Origin: Planctomycetota bacterium
GTDB lineage: Bacteria > Planctomycetota > GCA-002687715 > DRQF01
NCBI GenBank assembly: GCA_036479435.1
Contig: JAZGFI010000170.1
Location: 32,001 to 96,000, forward strand
Length of the DNA stretch: 64,000 bases
Direction: 5' to 3'
The notes under the pieces were generated by a model. That model had not been told where the DNA came from and did no database searches. It saw only the letters and a list, made by a program, of their open reading frames with translations. The translations under genes were made by a program, and so were the position numbers. Each line of letters opens with the position of its first letter. Within the stretch, counting starts at the first letter, position 1. Below are positions 40,201 through 49,353 of this stretch, in pieces.

Positions 40201-40679
40201 ATGGCGAGGAAGGTTGTGAGTTCCAGGACACCGTTGGCACGAGACAGTCTCTCCTCCGGCAAGATCTCGGGCAAGATGCCGTACTTTGCGGGACTGAAGA
40301 GGGCGCTTTGCAATCCCATCGCCGCCAAGATGACCAGTGGCGTCGTGAAGTTCGTCGAACCGGATGCGAGCCAGCCGAGAGCCGCGCCCATGAGAAGAAC
40401 TTCCATGAACTTCATCATGACCAAGATGCGCTTTTTGCTCAGCCGATCGGCAAGAAAGCCGGCAGGGATCGAGAAGAGAATGAGCGGTATCGTGAAGACG
40501 ATGAAAGTCTGCGTCGTCCGATAAAAGAACGCCTCTTCAATCTCAGCTGCGCTCCCGAGTCCGACACTGACGCTGCGCATGGCGAGGATAGCGATGATGA
40601 GCTTCCAGGCGTTGTCGTTGAAGGCACCCAAGAACTGAGTGATCAACAATGAGCTCGGAAGGTTTTTCAGCTGCGACAA
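37236..40679 (-). CDS. aas: MFS lysophospholipid transporter (LplT) / acyltransferase / acyl-ACP synthetase fusion
   Basis: LplT part has QFLGAFNDN and FSPAKYGILPE. PlsC part has NHLSYAD and FAEG. AMP-binding part has FSSGSSGDPKG, YEGYGATE and RFSKIGGEMV. The start is inferred as TTG 40679, although the ORF stays open to 40886. Confidence 0.9.
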   Translation of the reverse strand: MSQLKNLPSSLLITQFLGAFNDNAWKLIIAILAMRSVSVGLGSAAEIEEAFFYRTTQTFIVFTIPLILFSIPAGFLADRLSKKRILVMMKFMEVLLMGAALGWLASGSTNFTTPLVILAAMGLQSALFSPAKYGILPEILPEERLSRANGVLELTTFLAIIFGTAAGGLLLGDSDAGPFRAGIVLFALGLLGFFFSFGIPPVPAAAASGDGDAFASMRTGWQSLRTDIRLQRAVLGSAFFWLLASLASQTVLVYAKTKLGLDDGLTGIPIAACGLGIGIGCFFAGRVSGERIEVGLVPLGFGLLGITAIAQGLLGPGLVLTLILMAALGFAGGLIVVPLDAFIQARAPKSAKGAVIALSNVLVFTATLVGSLLALGLSRWFEFSSQGLFAAAGVLSLVAFAVSRRKIPADFIRMFFVALGALLFKVRTRGFENIPEEGSALIVSNHLSYADWWLIGLAAKRPVRYIIDKSFYENKLFKKRLDEQGAIPIDARGRPADLLRSLREAGKALDDGDLVCIFAEGQICRTGTMQPLQRGIERMLKGRDVPVIPAHLDRLWGGFFAPSRGKALGRHHAGWRRKQTVSFGKALAANSSPALIRQKIEELESAAWIARNNEREALHRPFFRRARWHPLGESFADGTESFSKRIVDASAAFILARRLRKSLHRHDRLALLLPATRAAGIANLAASLSGRAVINLNPTVGPKALASAFKKAQVDQVLTTPMLLEKLNVELPSHVEAVDIAALFEEVSAVEKLTAILAVFALPASWLEKAAGADRGVKPNDLAAILFSSGSSGDPKGILLEHGHIGANLESISQSLPLSDKDRMLGSLPFFHAFGTMSFWLACSHGMPTAFTPNPLDGSAVAATVVEQKLTLLMATPTFLQIYLRRVPPGAFGSLRLVVAGAERLPQKLNVAFEQKFGTPVYEGYGATECSPVICVNSPNWRGAGILQVGWRTGSAGKPVPGVALRVVNPETLETVERGDDGLVLVQGPNLMRGYIGQAELSEEAFVDGGGQSAASRWYRSGDIGHRDELGFLFITDRMSRFSKIGGEMVPHGRVEEALIEAAGAEERILAVTALADEKKGERLVLIHTMNEADLAAMLKKATAAGLPNLFVPKPAHCLQVDELPLLGSGKLDLRGLKEVAQTRLEA

Positions 40680-40854
40680 GGTTTGTTCCCATCGAAGGAC
40701 CAAAGAGCGAAGAAGAGCAAGAGTCAAATTGTGACGCACAGAACCAAAAGCGCCGTGGGCGAATTCCGGCCTTTGAGGCCTGTGCTCTGGGAAGTATCGC
40801 CTGAAAACGCCACTACGTCGCGTCTTCTCTTTGATGAGGGTCAATAAGTCTTGC

Positions 40855-41751
40855 TTATTGAACGTCGGTCGCCCAGCTTGGGTCAATTTTGATCCGGAAG
40901 TGGTCCCCAGAGCCCCAGACTTCCCGGTGCCCGTTGGCGTATTCTATCTTGAGGTGGCCGCTTTCATCGAGGCCCAGAACGCGAACGACGACTTGTTTGT
41001 CGCCAGCGGTGGCCGCGATGTTTTTGCCGAACATACGACTGGATTGGCGAAACTCGGTGCGAAGGTCACTGGAGGGGCGAAGGGCTTCGAATGAGTCGAG
41101 AATCGTCGCTATCAGCGCGCTGGGACTGGGCAGTGGGGAGGCGGTCTCGTTTTTTTTGGTCTGGTCGTGTGAACGTAACGAAATTCCCAGTCCCTCCAGG
41201 TCTTTGGGGAATCTTACTTGGTAGAGGTTGAGGCCCAGGCCAATCGCGGCGAGCGTGTGCCCCGAGGGATCGGTCCGGGTTTGGATGAGGCAACCCCCGA
41301 GTTTTGCCGCTCCGAGCAGGATGTCATTGGGCCACTTTAGGTGGACGTCGTAGCCGTGTTTGCGGAGAGCTCGCAAGGCGGCAAGGGCGGGCCAAAAGGC
41401 GAAGGGGCGTGGCGAGTCCAAAAGTGATTCGATCCGCGTCATCCAAAGTCCCGCCCCGGGCGGAGACCACCAGCTACGATCGCCGGTGCCGCGCCCGGCG
41501 TCTTGGGAATACGCAAGGTAGCAGTCCCCGACTTGCGCCGAGCCGGACCCAATGTCGCGCAGGGCTTGCGCATTGGTGGAGTCAATGGTCTCGTAGACCG
41601 AAAGCCGACTTTTGGTTTGCTCTCGAGAGAACAGGTCCTGCAGGGAAGCTGCGAAACTCGAAAAGTCCGGGGGGTAAAGCGAGGAAGTCAAAAAGAGGGG
41701 CGTCCGCGGGGTTACTCGAATGGAAGAGTGGCACCGGCGGATTGTGCCCAA
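40855..41751 (-). CDS. birA: Biotin--[acetyl-CoA-carboxylase] ligase (no HTH)
   Basis: Motifs IDSTN, Q.AGRG...R.W.SP, LKWPND, KLGGCL and GLGLN. The start is uncertain. Confidence 0.88.
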   Translation of the reverse strand: MGTIRRCHSSIRVTPRTPLFLTSSLYPPDFSSFAASLQDLFSREQTKSRLSVYETIDSTNAQALRDIGSGSAQVGDCYLAYSQDAGRGTGDRSWWSPPGAGLWMTRIESLLDSPRPFAFWPALAALRALRKHGYDVHLKWPNDILLGAAKLGGCLIQTRTDPSGHTLAAIGLGLNLYQVRFPKDLEGLGISLRSHDQTKKNETASPLPSPSALIATILDSFEALRPSSDLRTEFRQSSRMFGKNIAATAGDKQVVVRVLGLDESGHLKIEYANGHREVWGSGDHFRIKIDPSWATDVQ

Positions 41752-41757
41752 TTGTGA

Positions 41758-42381
41758 TTAGAAACTGAAGTCTTTGAAGGCTCGCATCAGGTCGAGGCCG
41801 ATTTTCGTTCCCAAAAGGGCAACGATGATGGCCAACAGACGAACTTTCCAAACCGCGGCCCGCGACGTTTTGCGCGCGGTGACATCGACGTCATAGACCC
41901 TATCCCAATTCTCGGAATCGGAGTCGAGGACCTCGTAGGTCTCAAATTCCCCCTCGTCATCTTCGATGTCGGGCATGATGGCTTGTCCGGCGGCGGGGGT
42001 GAGCGGCAGCTTGTTGCTGAAGTTGAGGCGGATACGTGGCCCAAGGCGCCCCAATTGAATCTCGTCGCCGTCGTCGAGGCGGGCGCGCTCAACCGAAATA
42101 CCGTTGAGAAAAGTCCCGTTCAGGCTCCCAAAATCATAGAGGAAGATCCCGTCGTGCTCGCTGCGGATTCCCGCGTGTCGCGACGAAACGGAGCGGTCCT
42201 CGAAGAGGTCGAGCGCAATGTCGTTTCCGTGCCCGCGTCCAATCATCAGGAACTCGCGGAGAAAGGTCTCAGACTCACCTTCCCTGGTGCCGCTCAAGTA
42301 GGCGAGCTCCAAGGAGGGGCTGCGACTCGCGGGGGTTCGAGTGTGTCCTGCCTTTTTTAAGGCTTCATGAATTCGGCTCAT
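41758..42381 (-). CDS. FHA domain protein with a C-terminal TM helix
   Basis: Motifs IGR, VSSRHA, D.GSLNGTFLNG and GDEIQLG. Confidence 0.9.
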   Translation of the reverse strand: MSRIHEALKKAGHTRTPASRSPSLELAYLSGTREGESETFLREFLMIGRGHGNDIALDLFEDRSVSSRHAGIRSEHDGIFLYDFGSLNGTFLNGISVERARLDDGDEIQLGRLGPRIRLNFSNKLPLTPAAGQAIMPDIEDDEGEFETYEVLDSDSENWDRVYDVDVTARKTSRAAVWKVRLLAIIVALLGTKIGLDLMRAFKDFSF

Positions 42382-42621
42382 CTTGGCGATGTGCTCCGGC
42401 AACCAGTGAACTGTGCCTGGGGGTACGAGAAGCATGGAGCATTGGGAGGCTCGCCCAAAGTCCACCCGCTCTCCACCCCGAAAGGATAGGCGAAGACTTT
42501 TGTGGCGTCGATCCCCGCTGGCCCTTTGTTTCCAATGACTTGTGTAGATTGTCCTGGGGCCTGGGATGCCCAGAAATCGACCTTGGAGCGGGTATTCTTC
42601 GAGCCAATCAGTGTAAAAGGG

Positions 42622-43902
42622 CTAGGCCCGGATGCTTCCCAATGGGGGTTCATGGGAGGGCAAGGCTGGGGACTCATTGGTCTGGGGGTCGCCGAGGAGA
42701 CGGGCGATGGACGCGGTTGAATCAAATTGCTGCAACACGAGCTTGACGGTAACGGTGATGGGCGCGGCGAGAATCATGCCCGTGATACCCCAAAGCCAGC
42801 CCCAAAACGCCAAGGCCAAAAGGATGGCGACGGGGCTCAAGCCGAGGCCTTTGCCCTGGATGCGGGGTTCAACGAGGTTGCCAATGACCTGCTGCACTCC
42901 CGTGAGCGCGGAAACTAAGCCCAAGGTGCCCCAGGGGCTCGTGCCTTCTTGCAATAAGTAGACCACCGCCGGAATGATGGTGGCGACCAAAGAACCGATG
43001 TAGGGAATGAAGTTCAACAAGAACACCAAGATCGCGAAAGTCGTGATGTAGTGCACTCCGAAAATCCACATCACCAGGGCCGAGGCGAGTGCCGTAATGA
43101 GGCTGATGACGACCTTGAGTGCGACATAGCGTTGAATGCTCTGGTCAATTTCGTCGATGACCCGAAGGATGTTTTTCGACCGTTGGCCGTCGTAGGCGCC
43201 ACGGATGCGCTGCGGCAATTGATCGATCTCGACCATCAAGAACAGCATGAAAATCAAGATGATGATGAGGTCGCTGATGAAACTCAAAAACGCCGACGTT
43301 CCGCTACCGGCGATGGCCATGAGGCGCCGGGGGTCGAACTCTCGCAGTAGCTCTCTAACGAGTCCCGAATTGTCATCCTTTTTTATCGCCGAAGAACCGG
43401 GCTCTGAGGGCGATTCCGAATCGGCAGTCGATGGTGTGGACTCGTCATCTTCGCTGGTAACCGGAGTCTCGCCCGACTCTGAAAACAGGCCGACGAAACG
43501 CTGAAAAGTCGGACGGAATCGACTGACGTAGTCGTTGAGCTTGGCCGCGTATTCGATGCGATGAGCATCGCTTGATTCATCAAACTGGGCGACGTCTCGA
43601 GCCGCCACCTGCCCGCCGAGGAAACACAATCCTCCGACCATCGTCGCCGCGAGGACATAGCCTACGATGGTTGAGCCTGCGACCTTGACGCAAAACCCGG
43701 TCATCGGTCGCAGGGCGAAAGTCAAAAACACGGCGACAAAGAAGGGGCGAAAAACGGACTCCGCCACCGACAACGCGAGAATTCCGATGGAGACAATGAT
43801 CAGGGCCGCGGCCAAACGAAAGCTCAGGGGCCAGTCCGCTCCAGGAAGTGTGCTTTCTCCGGCGACGTCGTCATGATCGGCTGGCGGGCTGGACTTGCTC
43901 AT
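42622..43902 (-). CDS. AI-2E family transporter
   Basis: Multiple TMs, with motifs NFIPYIGS, GNLVEPR, LSP and WGWLWGITGMILAAP. Confidence 0.92.
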   Translation of the reverse strand: MSKSSPPADHDDVAGESTLPGADWPLSFRLAAALIIVSIGILALSVAESVFRPFFVAVFLTFALRPMTGFCVKVAGSTIVGYVLAATMVGGLCFLGGQVAARDVAQFDESSDAHRIEYAAKLNDYVSRFRPTFQRFVGLFSESGETPVTSEDDESTPSTADSESPSEPGSSAIKKDDNSGLVRELLREFDPRRLMAIAGSGTSAFLSFISDLIIILIFMLFLMVEIDQLPQRIRGAYDGQRSKNILRVIDEIDQSIQRYVALKVVISLITALASALVMWIFGVHYITTFAILVFLLNFIPYIGSLVATIIPAVVYLLQEGTSPWGTLGLVSALTGVQQVIGNLVEPRIQGKGLGLSPVAILLALAFWGWLWGITGMILAAPITVTVKLVLQQFDSTASIARLLGDPQTNESPALPSHEPPLGSIRA

Positions 43903-43920
43903 GCGGTGACTCTCCGAAAT

Positions 43921-45885
43921 TCAAGGAAGCCTTTTGATGACAAAAGACTCCCAGAGTTCGACAATTCCCCAATCCTCCTCCATCGCCACGAACCTTTCGC
44001 CGCGCGCAGGCTGACGCAACCACTGATTGCGATAGAAATCGTACTTGCGAAAGCCGGAGCCGTCGACTATCCCGATTTGCGAGGGGGTCCGCGGCGAGCC
44101 GACGTAGCAAAATACCGATTCTGGCAGAGCGACGCGGCTGCTCTCCTCTTGGCACAGGGCATTGTGGAGTACCGTGTCGACGCGACTCAATGGCAGCGGA
44201 GTGTCGGGTGGCGTCCAGGTCGAGCCGATGATCTTGGCCATGGTCTCATTTTGCTCGAAACTCAAAAATGTTCCATGCCCCAGGGAGCCGTCGTCAAAAA
44301 GTTCCTCGCCGTGATCGCCGATGACCAAGATGATGGTGTCGGCATCGAGATTTCGAGTGGCGAGGCCTCGCTGCAATTCAGCGAAAGCATTGTCGGCAAC
44401 GCGCGCGGCGTTGAAGTAGGTTGTGAGCAAGTCGTCTTTTCGGTCCGCGCTGATCTTACCCCGGGGCAAGAGTTTTTTGACGAGCGGCGTCGGGATGCCG
44501 TCATAGGAGTACGGAAAATGCATTTCTTGCCAGTTTAGATAGGCGAAGAATCGGCTACCCGCTGAGATTTCGTCGACCCACTCGAAAAAGCGCTGGTTCA
44601 TGAGTGTCGCCGGCATTTTTAGCGATGCGGGCGTCGTGGACGGATACATGCGAGCGTCAGCGTCTTCGGTGCTGGCGTCTCTAAAGCGATCCGCGCGATC
44701 CATCCCGGCAAACTTTGCCTTGCCGCCGAAGCCCTCGTGTTGCGCTGAGAACACGCCGGTCTTGTAGCCTCGGTCGGCAAAGCGATCGAACATAGAGATG
44801 CCTTTAGCCTCTTCCGACAAAGTGCCGGTCAAGATGGCTACGACCGAAGGCGAAGTGAACGCGACATGAGAAACGGCGCGAAATTCATGACCAGGCGCTG
44901 AACGCAGCACGGGCATCACCCATTTGTCGCCTACTTTGGCCTGAATAAGCTCTGCGCGCGCCGACTCTAAGACGACCAAGATCACGTTCTTGTTCGCGAA
45001 GTTGGCGGTCCAAGGACGGGGCGCCATGTCCCAGTTGGCGAGTTTGAGATCACCGGCGACGCCGTTTTCATCGATGCCGTTGCCTGGAATCTCTACGGCA
45101 TAAGGATGACGCGAACCGTCGAAGGGCGCGTGATCGCGAGGACGGGTCATGAGGCTGTAGCCGTCCAAGTCAAAGTCCGTCGCGTAGGTCCAGGGCAAGG
45201 TGTAGGCGCGGTGGGCGAGCGAATGGCCCAAGGCCCGGTGAAGCGGGGCGAAGGCCAAGCAGGTCAAAATCGGAATCATCAAAGCGATGAGGTTGAGAAC
45301 CAAGAGCCCACGGTTCGACACGAGCCGTTTCGCCCAACTGGCTTCTTGCAGTCTTGCGTTGAGCCGTCCGCCGAATCGCCGCAAGACCCAGATGCCCGCA
45401 ATGAAGGCTATCAGGGCGCCAATGATGAGCGGCAAGAGCCCCAGTAGTTCGTCTTTGACGTAGCCCAGAGAGGTGGCCAGGTCACCGCCGCCCAGCTTTT
45501 TGATGACGCGCAGTTCGACAGTGTCCTTGAAATACTGCAAGGCTCTAAACTGAAGCGTGATCGCAAGGAAATAACTAAGCGTGACGAACGCTGCCGCGAC
45601 GGCAGCTCGTTTTCGCCAAGCCGCCCGGATTCGTGAGAAAAGCGCGTGAGCGAGGACCGAACAGGTCAACACCAAGACGGAAATTTCGAAGGGCAAAAAA
45701 ATGAGGTAAAGCACCGACTCGATGGCCGACATGGGCTCGGCTAGCAAAAAGGCCTGTCGGCCCATGAGCACGGCGTATTTGCGTTCGATCAGAACGAAGT
45801 TGTAGACCAACAACAGCGGTAGGACCGCCATGATCGGCAAGACAAGGCCGAGCCGGGCACTGACTATTCGATCGGTCTTCATCAT
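43921..45885 (-). CDS. Membrane-anchored sulfatase-like hydrolase/transferase (LTA synthase-like)
   Basis: N-terminal TMs, with motifs NVILVVLES, HFPY, GDHGEE and HG. Confidence 0.8.
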   Translation of the reverse strand: MMKTDRIVSARLGLVLPIMAVLPLLLVYNFVLIERKYAVLMGRQAFLLAEPMSAIESVLYLIFLPFEISVLVLTCSVLAHALFSRIRAAWRKRAAVAAAFVTLSYFLAITLQFRALQYFKDTVELRVIKKLGGGDLATSLGYVKDELLGLLPLIIGALIAFIAGIWVLRRFGGRLNARLQEASWAKRLVSNRGLLVLNLIALMIPILTCLAFAPLHRALGHSLAHRAYTLPWTYATDFDLDGYSLMTRPRDHAPFDGSRHPYAVEIPGNGIDENGVAGDLKLANWDMAPRPWTANFANKNVILVVLESARAELIQAKVGDKWVMPVLRSAPGHEFRAVSHVAFTSPSVVAILTGTLSEEAKGISMFDRFADRGYKTGVFSAQHEGFGGKAKFAGMDRADRFRDASTEDADARMYPSTTPASLKMPATLMNQRFFEWVDEISAGSRFFAYLNWQEMHFPYSYDGIPTPLVKKLLPRGKISADRKDDLLTTYFNAARVADNAFAELQRGLATRNLDADTIILVIGDHGEELFDDGSLGHGTFLSFEQNETMAKIIGSTWTPPDTPLPLSRVDTVLHNALCQEESSRVALPESVFCYVGSPRTPSQIGIVDGSGFRKYDFYRNQWLRQPARGERFVAMEEDWGIVELWESFVIKRLP

Positions 45886-46148
45886 GCCCTCGCAGATTTG
45901 AGTAGTTCTTGATCAGCCAGCACCGGCGAGATCATCATGGGGGTCAGAGGATTCCACATCGCTGCGATATTGCGAATATCTATGCTCGGCGCAACCTATA
46001 AATCGGCATTCCGAGACTTCAGAAAGCGGGCAAAGTGGGTCTGGGACTCAAGTTTTGACGATTGGGTAGTCGAAGAGTGAGGGCTCGGACCCCTATTCTG
46101 GATAGGGTGGTCCAATTCGACGCCGCAGGACTTTGGAGGGATTTCGAT

Positions 46149-47279
46149 ATGGCACGCATTTGTGTCGTTGTGGCCATCTTGGCCGTTATGGCGGTGACGC
46201 CAATTTGTGCTCAGCAAGCTAACTCGGCTACCGGTTCTTTGGACATCAATGGTTCAAGCAGTTCCGGTAGCGCACCCTTTGCGGCTACCGTTGAATTGCC
46301 AGGTCCGGTCGTGGGGACGGTTACCGGCAACGCCAACATGCCGTTCATTCTGCTGGTCGCCGACGATCTCGATGTCGGCAACACCGTTTTTGACATAGGC
46401 CTCCAAATCGACCTCGGCTTGAATCAGACGGTCTTGGTAAACGGCTTGGACGGTTCCTTCGGCTCCTACTTCGCGAATACCGGGACCACGGGTTCGCGCG
46501 TCTTTCAGCTGTCCGTTCCGGGAGGCACCACGACCGGAAGCGTGCTGAGCGCGTTCCAAGTCGTCGTGGTGGACTTCACTTTGGCATCACCTTTCGTCAG
46601 CCTTACGGCTGCCACGTCCTTGACTTTTGCCAGCAACAGCGGAGGCAATCATGCTCCGGTGGCGGACGCCGGGCTCAACCGTTTTGCAAACAGCAACGTT
46701 TGCGTCACGCTCGACGGCTCTGGCAGCACAGACTCGGATTCCGATCCGCTGTCCTACGCCTGGCTTCAGGTTGGCGGTACCGCGGTTACTTTGGACACCA
46801 CTGACCCCGAGCTTCCGACCTTTATCGCGCCCTCGACGGCGTCGGTCCTGACTTTTCAACTCACGGTTAACGACGGCGCCACCACGAGTGCGATCGCAGA
46901 GACGATTGTTGCAGTGCAAGTCGTCGCGGCGACGGTTTCCTTTGCCAGCGATGTCTACCCGATCTTCGGAGTCGGCGGACAAGGCTGCGACGGATGCCAC
47001 ACTGGCGTCGGTGCCGGTGGTGGCATGGAATTGGATGGCACGCCCGCGCAGGTTCTAGCCATGATTCAGATGCAGGTTGACGATTCGACCCTCATGACGG
47101 GTATCAGCGGCCCCAGGGCGAACCCCTGTGATCCTGCGAACAGCCCGATCTTGCTGAAGCCTCTCGACATCGCCACCGGCGGCGTGGCGCACAGTGGCGG
47201 AATCTTGTTCGCCAACACGAGCGATCCCGACTACATCACGATCTTGACCTGGCTCCAAGAAGGCGCCCAGGACAACTGA
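46149..47279 (+). CDS. Secreted protein with a lineage-specific module, a PKD-like domain and a monoheme cytochrome c domain
   Basis: Signal peptide after a GGAGG RBS. The PKD-like segment is NHAPVADAG..LDGSGS.D.D.DPLSYAW. The heme motif is CDGCH (46986) and the protein ends WLQEGAQDN. Confidence 0.85.
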   Translation: MARICVVVAILAVMAVTPICAQQANSATGSLDINGSSSSGSAPFAATVELPGPVVGTVTGNANMPFILLVADDLDVGNTVFDIGLQIDLGLNQTVLVNGLDGSFGSYFANTGTTGSRVFQLSVPGGTTTGSVLSAFQVVVVDFTLASPFVSLTAATSLTFASNSGGNHAPVADAGLNRFANSNVCVTLDGSGSTDSDSDPLSYAWLQVGGTAVTLDTTDPELPTFIAPSTASVLTFQLTVNDGATTSAIAETIVAVQVVAATVSFASDVYPIFGVGGQGCDGCHTGVGAGGGMELDGTPAQVLAMIQMQVDDSTLMTGISGPRANPCDPANSPILLKPLDIATGGVAHSGGILFANTSDPDYITILTWLQEGAQDN

Positions 47280-47331
47280 TCGAGCGATTGTAAGCGAACG
47301 ATCACCTTGGCGATTGTTTGCAACGAATGCT

Positions 47332-47379
47332 AAAGACAAGAGCCCCGCGACACTGACGTCGCGGGGCTCTTGTCTTTTT
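47332..47379. terminator. Intrinsic terminator, likely bidirectional
   Basis: Perfect 20-bp inverted repeat aaagacaagagccccgcgac / gtcgcggggctcttgtcttt between convergent genes. Confidence 0.85.
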
Positions 47380-47388
47380 GGCCCTTGC

Positions 47389-48876
47389 CTACCTATTTGG
47401 GGCGACGCGCCGCGCGATCCAATCGGCAATGATCTCTAAGGCTTGCGGAGCAAATGTCTCTTGGATCGAACCGTACTCCGACGGCGTTCCCTTCTTTGCA
47501 GTTTGAAAAAGGTGGTTGAGGCCAGGCAGTTTGACCATGGACCAATCCGTTGTTGGGGCGGAGGCCAATGCCTTGGCGATCTCTGGGAGGTTTTGGGCGG
47601 GAACGACCTCGGAGTCCAAAGACCCGCACATGACCAGAATCGGGCAGGGGATTGTTCTCAGCGCCTCGCGTGGATCGTAAGTAAGGTAAAAGCGGAACCA
47701 GGGCTCTAACAGCTGCCTCACTCGACGGCGGGCCACTTCGCTTCGTTCAGTGGCCGATAGCCTTTCGAAATAACGAGAGTTCTTCAAGAGCTTGGCCAAC
47801 AGGGTCATCATCGTGACGACGCTCTTGGGCGTGACCTTGTTTCCAATGAGCGTGTCGAGCATCTCCGTTTGGATGTCGACTTCAAATTGCAGAGCTTGGT
47901 CGGGAATTCCCTCGAGTTTCATGATGACCACGAGTCGACGATCCAAGATTTGGCGACCGTTGACGCCGGGTCCAGCCAAGTGAACGACAAAGGCCAGGGG
48001 CACTTGATTAGCCACCATCGTTGCGATCGTAGCGCCCGAGCTGTGACCCATAATGCCCACTTTGTTCGATTGGATCTCGGGCCGATTCTTCAGGTACTCC
48101 CAGGCGATTTTCGCGTCCTCGGCGCGGTCGCGGCCCGTAGCTCCTTTTTCGGGCACGGTGGTCTTTCCCACATCGCGACCGTCGTATCGAAGGGATGCGA
48201 TACCGCGGCGCGCGAGGTCGTCAGCCAAGACTAGATAGGGCCGGTGACCAGCCATTTTGTAGTCGCGGTCTGTCGCTTCGTTTCCGGTGACGAGAAGGAC
48301 GGCAGGAAATGGGCCCTTGCCTTCGGGAAGAACGAGGCTGCCGGCAATGCTAGCCGTTTTCTTGGTGTTGCCGACAGGACGGTCGATTGTGATTTCCACA
48401 GATCGATAGGGGAAGGGGCCGGTCGGCGTTTGCGGGCGATTAAGTTGTGAAGCTTTTTTGACCCGCTTGAGGGTCAAAGGCAGGCGGAGTCCCTGTTGCC
48501 AGGTACCGCTGATCTTGGTTTCGTCGGCATTCAAGGTACCAGTAAACTTGGCGACAATGATCGGAAGCGAGATTTCGAATTGGCCGTTTTTGAAGCTAGT
48601 CCGCTTCACGGGAATACCCATCGCACCTTGGTCGACACTATCGAGTGTCGATCTGAGGACTCCCTTTTCGAATTTGACGTTGAGTCCCAGGCGAAACTTC
48701 ATGCCGCTTACGGAGAGTGTTCCCTCCCACAGACCCACGACAGCTGGGACTTTATCGCTACTAGCCCCGGATTCTTCACTTGAGCTTGGAGTTTTGTCTT
48801 GGCCCCAAAGCTGTAATGAGAGAAAAATGAGCGCCATGAAAGCGAGCGACGTTGTCTTTTGGAGTGGCGATCGCAT
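47389..48876 (-). CDS. Secreted alpha/beta hydrolase (peptidase/esterase-like)
   Basis: Signal peptide and RPQTP..PFPY. The nucleophile is in GHSSG, the Asp in GSLD and the His in LNHLFQ. Confidence 0.88.
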   Translation of the reverse strand: MRSPLQKTTSLAFMALIFLSLQLWGQDKTPSSSEESGASSDKVPAVVGLWEGTLSVSGMKFRLGLNVKFEKGVLRSTLDSVDQGAMGIPVKRTSFKNGQFEISLPIIVAKFTGTLNADETKISGTWQQGLRLPLTLKRVKKASQLNRPQTPTGPFPYRSVEITIDRPVGNTKKTASIAGSLVLPEGKGPFPAVLLVTGNEATDRDYKMAGHRPYLVLADDLARRGIASLRYDGRDVGKTTVPEKGATGRDRAEDAKIAWEYLKNRPEIQSNKVGIMGHSSGATIATMVANQVPLAFVVHLAGPGVNGRQILDRRLVVIMKLEGIPDQALQFEVDIQTEMLDTLIGNKVTPKSVVTMMTLLAKLLKNSRYFERLSATERSEVARRRVRQLLEPWFRFYLTYDPREALRTIPCPILVMCGSLDSEVVPAQNLPEIAKALASAPTTDWSMVKLPGLNHLFQTAKKGTPSEYGSIQETFAPQALEIIADWIARRVAPNR

Positions 48877-49081
48877 GGCGTTGCTGTGGTCTCTGATGGG
48901 TCTACTGTCTCTGCTCCGCCTTTGGAGGCTGCGTGACAATAAACGCGGATTCCCCGGTCTGCATAGAGTTGCTTCGGGGCTTTTTCTTCGAAATAGCTGG
49001 GGAATAGTCGCCCTGTGGTCTTGACTTGCACCCCACATCAGCGACCATCACAACGGCAAAGAAATTCAAAGGAAGATAAAC

Positions 49082-49339
49082 ATGGCTCAAAGTGACGTTG
49101 CGGGTAAGAAACTGGCGGCGGGCATCTGTGGAATCCTCATTGGTTCCTTGGGGATTCACAAGTTCGTGCTCGGTTACACCAAAGAGGGTCTCATCTTGCT
49201 GTTGGCTACGGTCTTGACCTGTGGCTTCGGTGGTATGGTCACCTGGATCATCGGTCTCGTCGAAGGCATCATCTACCTGACGAAATCAGACGACGAATTC
49301 GAAGCAACCTATATCAAGGGCAGCAAGCCCTGGTTCTAA
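49082..49339 (+). CDS. TM2 domain-containing membrane protein
   Basis: Motifs KKLAAGICGILIGSLGIHKFVLGY and EGIIYLTKSDDEF..Y..W. Confidence 0.93.
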   Translation: MAQSDVAGKKLAAGICGILIGSLGIHKFVLGYTKEGLILLLATVLTCGFGGMVTWIIGLVEGIIYLTKSDDEFEATYIKGSKPWF

Positions 49340-49353
49340 AGAACAAATGACCG

